14,786 nucleotides of DNA, taken from assembly GCA_002104945.1 (NCBI GenBank), contig MCFH01000219.1:1-14786 (forward strand), read 5' to 3'. The stretch comes from Piromyces finnis finn. Taxonomy: Eukaryota; Fungi; Neocallimastigomycota. This document shows, piece by piece, positions 8,777 through 14,786 of the stretch (positions are counted from its first letter, which is position 1; each line of letters opens with the position of its first letter). The notes beneath the pieces are model-generated. The model was not told where the DNA came from. It saw only the letters and a list, made by a program, of their open reading frames with translations, and did no database searches. The translations under genes were made by a program, and so were the position numbers.

Positions 8777-11542
8777 CTTTTTTAAAATATTTTGGTAATA
8801 ATATTGGAATCATTATTCAAAATTGCCCTTATTAGATTCTTCATATTAGTTAAAGGTTGTTTTAATATTTCTATTTCTATTTTAAATGAGGGTCAATTTC
8901 ATTAAATAACACCAAAGTAAATGAATGAATCAACGATTTCATTTTATATTTGAGTTATTACAATAATAAACAATAATTTATATCAAATATTTTCATTATC
9001 CCTTTGTTAGCAATAACATAATTCAAATTAGTTGTTTGCTTGAATTGATTCGTATTTACGATTAATGCATAATACATAATACACTTAAAATGCTTTAACA
9101 AATTATTGAATCTAGTTATTGCGTACAAAAGAGCGGCAATTATTTTTCGATACAACTTAACCATGATTCTTTTTTTTTTGCCTGAAAGTCTGCATATATA
9201 TTGAAATCTACAACTTACTCTTTGGTTGGAAATATTATTGTGAATATCCGCAAATTGAATATTAATTGGAGTTAAATAATTATAAATATTAAAATTAATC
9301 TTTTTTATATAGACTACAGTTAATTGTTCAATATTGCTATTAACTTTAAGAATTTTAACTAATTTATTGAATGATACATTTTATATAAATTATTAAATAT
9401 ATTTTAATATAATCTAATATATTTCAAAATGAAATAATAATATAATATATATTTTAATATTATACGCAATTCAATTGAGTACTTTTAATATTAATTTAAT
9501 TTTTTATATTGATTTATAAATATATAATATATTAAATTAACCTATTTATATACCTCAAATAAATTGTGTAGTGTAAGTTATATAATATAAATATATAATC
9601 AAATAAATTATTTTTAAATATAATTTGATTTTAAATATATTTTTATATTGTTTTTAATAGATAATATATTACATCTATATAAAAAGAGGAAAAAGTTACT
9701 CTAATTAGTATATAATATATATCACTATATATAATATATTATATCAAAAATTAATAATAATTTTTTAACTATTTAATATATTTCTTTTTTTAAATAGTAA
9801 TATATAATATATAATTTAATAAATGATATGAATAAATTACCAAATATATTAAATTATTTTTTATATTAGAAAGGAGTAAAAAAATAAAAAAAAAGTTTAG
9901 TTTAAATAGATTTTTAATCTATCATTTATATTATTACCCTAAACTAAATATGTAAATGAATGAATAAATAATAATTAAATAAATAATCTATAAATTAAAT
10001 CATGAATAGTATAAATTATAATAGTAATAATTTATTTACAAATAAAACGTTCTATTCAATAAGTATATTATTCTCCTTAAAAATATTATTAAAATATTAT
10101 ATAATTTATTCATTTATTTTTTAATAGAAGATATTGTTATTTACTTTGGGTGGTACTAGTGTAATTCTGGTTAAGCTTCTGGTATTATAAAATAAATTTT
10201 ACCACTATTTATATTAATTTTTAAAAAAATATATATTCTTGTACCATGATATTTCAAAATAAAAATAAAAAATAAATAATATTTTTTTTAATAATAAAGT
10301 TTATTAATTATTAAAATTATTATTATTATTTTTAGGAATTCCATTTATTACAAAATACAAAATATAATTTTAATTATGAAATGAATTTTTCATAATAATT
10401 TTTTTTTTTATTTTTTATTTTTCAAATATCTCCTTTTTTTTTTTCTTATTCAATTATTTTTTTTTTTTTTTTTTTTTAAAAAAAAAGTATTAAGTAGAAA
10501 ATAATTTAATAACATTTTTTTTTTAAAAAAAATATAATTAATCATAATAATATTATTAAATTTTAAAAAGAAATAAAAACAAAATAGATTATTTTTAATA
10601 AGTTTAAATTTCTTTTTATTTAATTTAAATCGATAAAAGAAACAATTGTATATTTTTAAATTTTGTATAAAGAAAGTAGACAATCTTATTTAAAAATATA
10701 TAAATCAAAATATTATTATTACAAATAAATACAACAAAAAAAAAAAATTTTTTTTTTAAAAAAAAGAAACTGTATAAAGACAAATTAAAGGAAACAAGAA
10801 ACAAAAATAAAGGGTTATTATCTTTGTAAATTTTTATTTTTATTATAGATGGAATATGGTTTGAATGGAAAGAAAGATTAGATTGTTAGGAATCAATTTT
10901 TAAAAGGATAAAGTTATTGTTTATAAATTCAAAGATAGAACCGATATTATTTTTATTAGAAAAGATTATTAAATAATCTAAAAATGATATTTAAAAAACA
11001 TTTAAAGTTTTTTTATTTTATTTTAAAAAAAATAAATTTATATTAATATTATTCTTTTAAATAATATATATTATGTTTTTATAGATTATAAAAAAAAAGG
11101 TTTATGTTCTTATAAACATACCCATATTAATATTTATTATAACGGATGTAGTAAAGAGTAAAACCTTTTTTTTTAAAAATATATATATACATAATCAAAA
11201 AACAGAAACAGAAACAAAATAAAAGTAAAAATAAAAAAAAAAAGTAAAATAAAAGTAAATTAGACAATTTCAATAAGAATTAAGAAAAATATTATAGCAA
11301 CAGATTAATCGATTTCAGTATTAAAAATCACATATCTATAATACTATCAATTAAAAATCAACTCTTTTATTCCTTTTAAAGTAAATATAAAGTGGATTTT
11401 TTATATATTTTTCAAAAATATCACTTATTACTCGCTTTAATCTCAGATTTATTAATTAATGATTCATCATAATTTCAATATATATCATCATAGGCATATT
11501 ATTTTTCATATATTCAAGAATTTTATAATTAAACATATAGCA

Positions 11543-14258
11543 ATGGCTGTTACTAATGATAACGACTACCAAGTAAGACTTCAACAACAATTACAACAAC
11601 AACAATATCAACAACGCATTCAAACAGCTGCTCATAGTCCAGCTCAAGGAGCTGCAAAACCAAAACCAGCTATGAGAAAGGATGGAAAATATCAATGAAA
11701 CATAATCATCCTCCACCACCATTAGTTATGAAATCAGATAAAAAATCTTATACTCGTAAGAATGTTCTTGGAGAGGTAATAAAAAAAAGCAAATTAAAAA
11801 ATAATAATATTTTTAAATATTATTATTAGTTGGAAAATTTTTAGAATAGCAACATGAATTTTATTAATTAATATTTTTAAAATATAATAATAAACTACAT
11901 TTTAGGGTGGTTTTGCTGTTTGTTATGAAGTTGTAGATGAAAAAGGAAATACTTATGCTGCAAAAGTAGTTTCCAAGCAAACTTTAAAAGGTGAAAAACA
12001 AAGAAGCAAGGTAAATATATTATGTTTATTTAAATTAATAAAGAAATAAAATATTAATCAATTATGTTTTACCATTTTTAAAAAGTTAATTGGTGAAATT
12101 AAAATTCAAAATCATTACATCATCAAAATATTGTTCGTTTTTATGATGTATTTGAAGATTCTGAAAACGTATACATGATTATTGAAATATGTCGTAATAA
12201 TGTAACTATTTATTATTTTTAAATAATTTTTATTTTTTTTATTGAAATAAAGATTTAATGTAAAATATTTTATTTTTTTTTAATTTATAGACATTGGTGG
12301 AATTATTAAAGAAAAGAAAGAGATTAACTGAAGCAGAAGTTAGATTTTATATGTTACAACTTATAGCTGTACAATATATATGCATAAAAAACATGTAATT
12401 CACAGAGATCTTAAATTAGGTAACTTATTATTAGATGATAATATGGTTTAAAGATTGCCGATTTTGGTTTAGCTGCTATGATTCAACATGAAGGAGAAAG
12501 AAAAAAGTAAGTATTTGAACATATGATCCAACTGGAGTATCAATCCTTTAATAAATAGTAATATTTTTAAAAATTTTTAATAAGCAATATTAATAATGTT
12601 TATATTTAATTGAATTCATTTTAAAGAACAATTTGTGGTACTCCAAACTATATTGCTCCAGAAGTTCTTTTTGATTCAGGGAATGGACATAGTTATGAAG
12701 TTGTATTTGGTCATTAGGTGTTATTATGTATACATTATTAGTTGGTAAACCACCGTTCCAAACTCGTGAAGTTGAAGCTATTTACAAGTAGGAATATAAA
12801 TAGAATAAATAATTTTTTTTAAAAAAAATGGCATGTTTTAATAAAGTAATAATATTACTTAATAATAGGAAAATTAAAGAAAATCAATATTCCTTCCCAT
12901 CAGATGTTAATATTTCCGCTGATGCTAAAAATTTAATTAGTCAAATTTTAGATAAAGTACCAGGTAAATAATCAAAATATTATTAAAATTAATATATTCA
13001 ACTATATTCAAAATATTTAAATAATTAAAATATCAAAATAAAATCACAATAAATACAGAAAATAGACCAACGTTAGAAGAAATGAGAGAACATCAATTCT
13101 TTAAAACTCAACCAATTCCAAAATCTATTCCAAAATCACTTTCACTTCTATACCTGAATTCCATGAAGAAAGACCACCATTTTCAAATATAACTAATGTA
13201 GATTCAAATAAAAACTATGAATACGATGAAGAAGAAAAAAGGTAAGCATGAAAGTGAAGAAACTAAGAGTAAAAAGTCTTATCCAAAGAAAGAAGCTCTT
13301 ACACGTGGTTACTTTGCTAGATGCTTCTCTGGTTCAAGAGGGCCATCAGAACGTTCTCATATGGAACCAACACAAAAGCTAAGGCATTAAACCAGAAATA
13401 TGCTAGAGCAAATATTAATAAGCAAAAGAATCAAGTTGCTACTTCTGGTAACATTTTAGATATTGTTTATAGAAATATTTGTCAAGCTTTTGAAGATGCT
13501 GAAAATAATGTTGAAGTTCAAGATATTAATGAACGTATGTTTTTTAAGAAAAAAAAATAATTTAAGTTATTATTTTATTTACAATATAGTAGAGTACTTA
13601 TAATTTTTTATTAAATATATAAATATTTTTTAATTTTAAATTCTCGTATGACAGCAATTGAAAATCCAAAAGTATTTATCAGTAAATGGATTGATTATTC
13701 AAATAAATACGGTCTTGGTTATCAATTAACAAATAGCTGCGTTGGTGTATACTTTAATGATTCAACAAGCATTATTTTATCTGCTGATGAAGAACATTTT
13801 GAATATTTATATTACACTAAAGAAAACGAACAACCAGTAATGCAGAAGGTTCAATATACATTAGATAATTACCCATCAGATCTTCATAAGAAGGTAACTC
13901 TCTTAAAGCATTTCAAGATATATGAATGAAAATTTATATAAAGCATCACACCTTTAATTGACAAGGAAAGACAAGATGATCTTGATTTCTTAACTAAATA
14001 TTAAGAACTAAACGTGCTGTTATATTCAGACTTAGTAATAAGGTTGTTCAAGTAAATTTCTTTGATCATACAAAACTTATGTTTTCAGGAGATGGTAATA
14101 TTGTTTCCTTTGTTGATCGTAATCGCGTAATGAAGTCATATAGGTTATTAGAATTTATTAAAATGGGTAATACCGATGAAATAAATAGATTGAATTACAT
14201 TAAATCAATTTTGGAACAATTAACTCTTAGAAAGCAAAAGAAAATGCAACAACAATAA
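11543..14258 (+). CDS. CDC5: Polo-like Ser/Thr kinase (Cdc5/Plo1/Plk1 family), 8 exons, ~11 apparent indels in this sequence
   Basis: Exons: 11543-11775, 11906-12010, 12086-12201, 12291-12506, 12627-12787, 12869-12963, 13059-13534, 13655-14258. All seven introns are GT..AG, 75-130 nt and very AT-rich. Motifs: LGEGGFAVC (Gly loop with the polo-typical Cys), [46 protein letters not shown][D][19 protein letters not shown], polo box 1 [19 protein letters not shown], polo box 2 [25 protein letters not shown]. Stop TAA at 14256-14258. Confidence 0.96.
11749..13102 (+). other. Protein kinase domain of the polo-like kinase (exons 1-7)
   Basis: Runs from [12 protein letters not shown] to [13 protein letters not shown]. 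The catalytic Lys, HRD, DFG and APE motifs and the activation-loop Thr (equivalent to human Plk1 T210) are all present. Confidence 0.95.
13655..14210 (+). other. Polo-box domain (PB1 + PB2), exon 8
   Basis: [14 protein letters not shown] (Trp equivalent to Plk1 W414) and NFFDHTKL (His/Lys pincer equivalent to Plk1 H538/K540). Confidence 0.93.
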
Positions 14259-14724
14259 GGAGAAAACGGATATAAATATTTTAACATATATTTTTATTTT
14301 TTTTATATTTAATTAATCTATTTTAATCAATAAGTTTTCTAAAAATATTTTATTAATTATCATTTGATAATACATCATATGAATAATTTATACTATTTCA
14401 TTATTTTTACTATTTTTTTTTTAAAAAAACAATAATAGTAAATGATTGATATATAACAATCAATACAGTCAAACAATAAAGAAAAACAAAAGAATAATGA
14501 AAGAAATGAAAAACTAAAAAAAAATACATTTACCAAAAGTTAATGCAAGATGAATATATAATAATAAAAAAGTGAAATATAGTATATTTTTTTAATACCT
14601 TTTTTTTTACTATATATAAAATAAAAAAAGGAAAATAGCATTCCGAATAAAAATAAGGGCAAAACAACATACAAAAAGTCATATATTAGAATATAATAAT
14701 AAACAAAAATAATAATAATATATA

Positions 14725-14727
<3 letters not shown>

Positions 14728-14758
<31 letters not shown>
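14728..14758. repeat. Poly(A) tract (A31)
   Basis: Read directly. Confidence 0.9.
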
Positions 14759-14762
<4 letters not shown>

Positions 14763-14786
14763 CTTTTTCTTAACTTTTTTTTTCTT

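Noticed and set aside
7294-10683. Track ORFs 7294..7491(-) and 10450..10683(-)
   Set aside because: Composed of F/K/I/N from A/T tracts, with no motifs or coding-like complexity.
10849-10960. MEYGLNGKKD*IVRNQFLKG*SYCL*... as a TAR=Gln read-through exon
   Set aside because: Too short, and the stop density matches random AT-rich DNA.
11110-11390. Forkhead-type RTAAAYA sites upstream of the polo kinase (CLB2-cluster-like regulation)
   Set aside because: The motif is expected many times by chance at this AT content, and no Mcm1-like partner site could be supported.
11543-14258. Host-wide stop-codon reassignment or Euplotes-type programmed frameshifting explaining the broken kinase
   Set aside because: After restoring indels the kinase has no internal stops, its Gln-rich N- and C-terminal tracts use CAA and it ends in TAA. 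The shift sites share no AAA-stop or other slippery consensus, so sequencing deletion is simpler.
1-14786. tRNA, rRNA, snoRNA, CRISPR array, transposase or reverse transcriptase
   Set aside because: No T-loop/D-loop pattern, paired C/D boxes, repeat-spacer periodicity, or DDE/YxDD motifs were found by eye. A covariance-model and profile search could still find diverged examples.

Overview
Extremely AT-rich eukaryotic DNA (intergenic roughly 80-90% AT by eye). It is most consistent with an early-diverging fungus such as an anaerobic gut fungus (Neocallimastigomycota), which is an inference from composition, short AT-rich GT-AG introns and fungal-type kinase motifs. Two genes diverge from a ~9 kb spacer. 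On the minus strand (<1 to ~2500) is an apparently intronless gene for a plant-type LRR ectodomain, one transmembrane helix and a long Asn/Ser-rich tail with a PPxY motif. On the plus strand (11543-14258) is an 8-exon polo-like kinase (Cdc5/Plo1/Plk1 family). Both genes carry many small indels. In the kinase about 11 can be located, all readable as deletions and about half in homopolymers, which points to an unpolished long-read consensus and makes every frame-level claim provisional. The spacer holds a ~1.25 kb cryptic, unidentified ORF relic (5286-~6520). It has in-frame TAA/TAG codons and is flanked by an 11-bp direct repeat with an A-tract before the right copy. The spacer also holds a 140-codon stop-free frame (8958-9380, minus), hairpins, local duplications and a (TAAA)18 microsatellite. 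No tRNA, rRNA, CRISPR array or recognisable transposase was seen.
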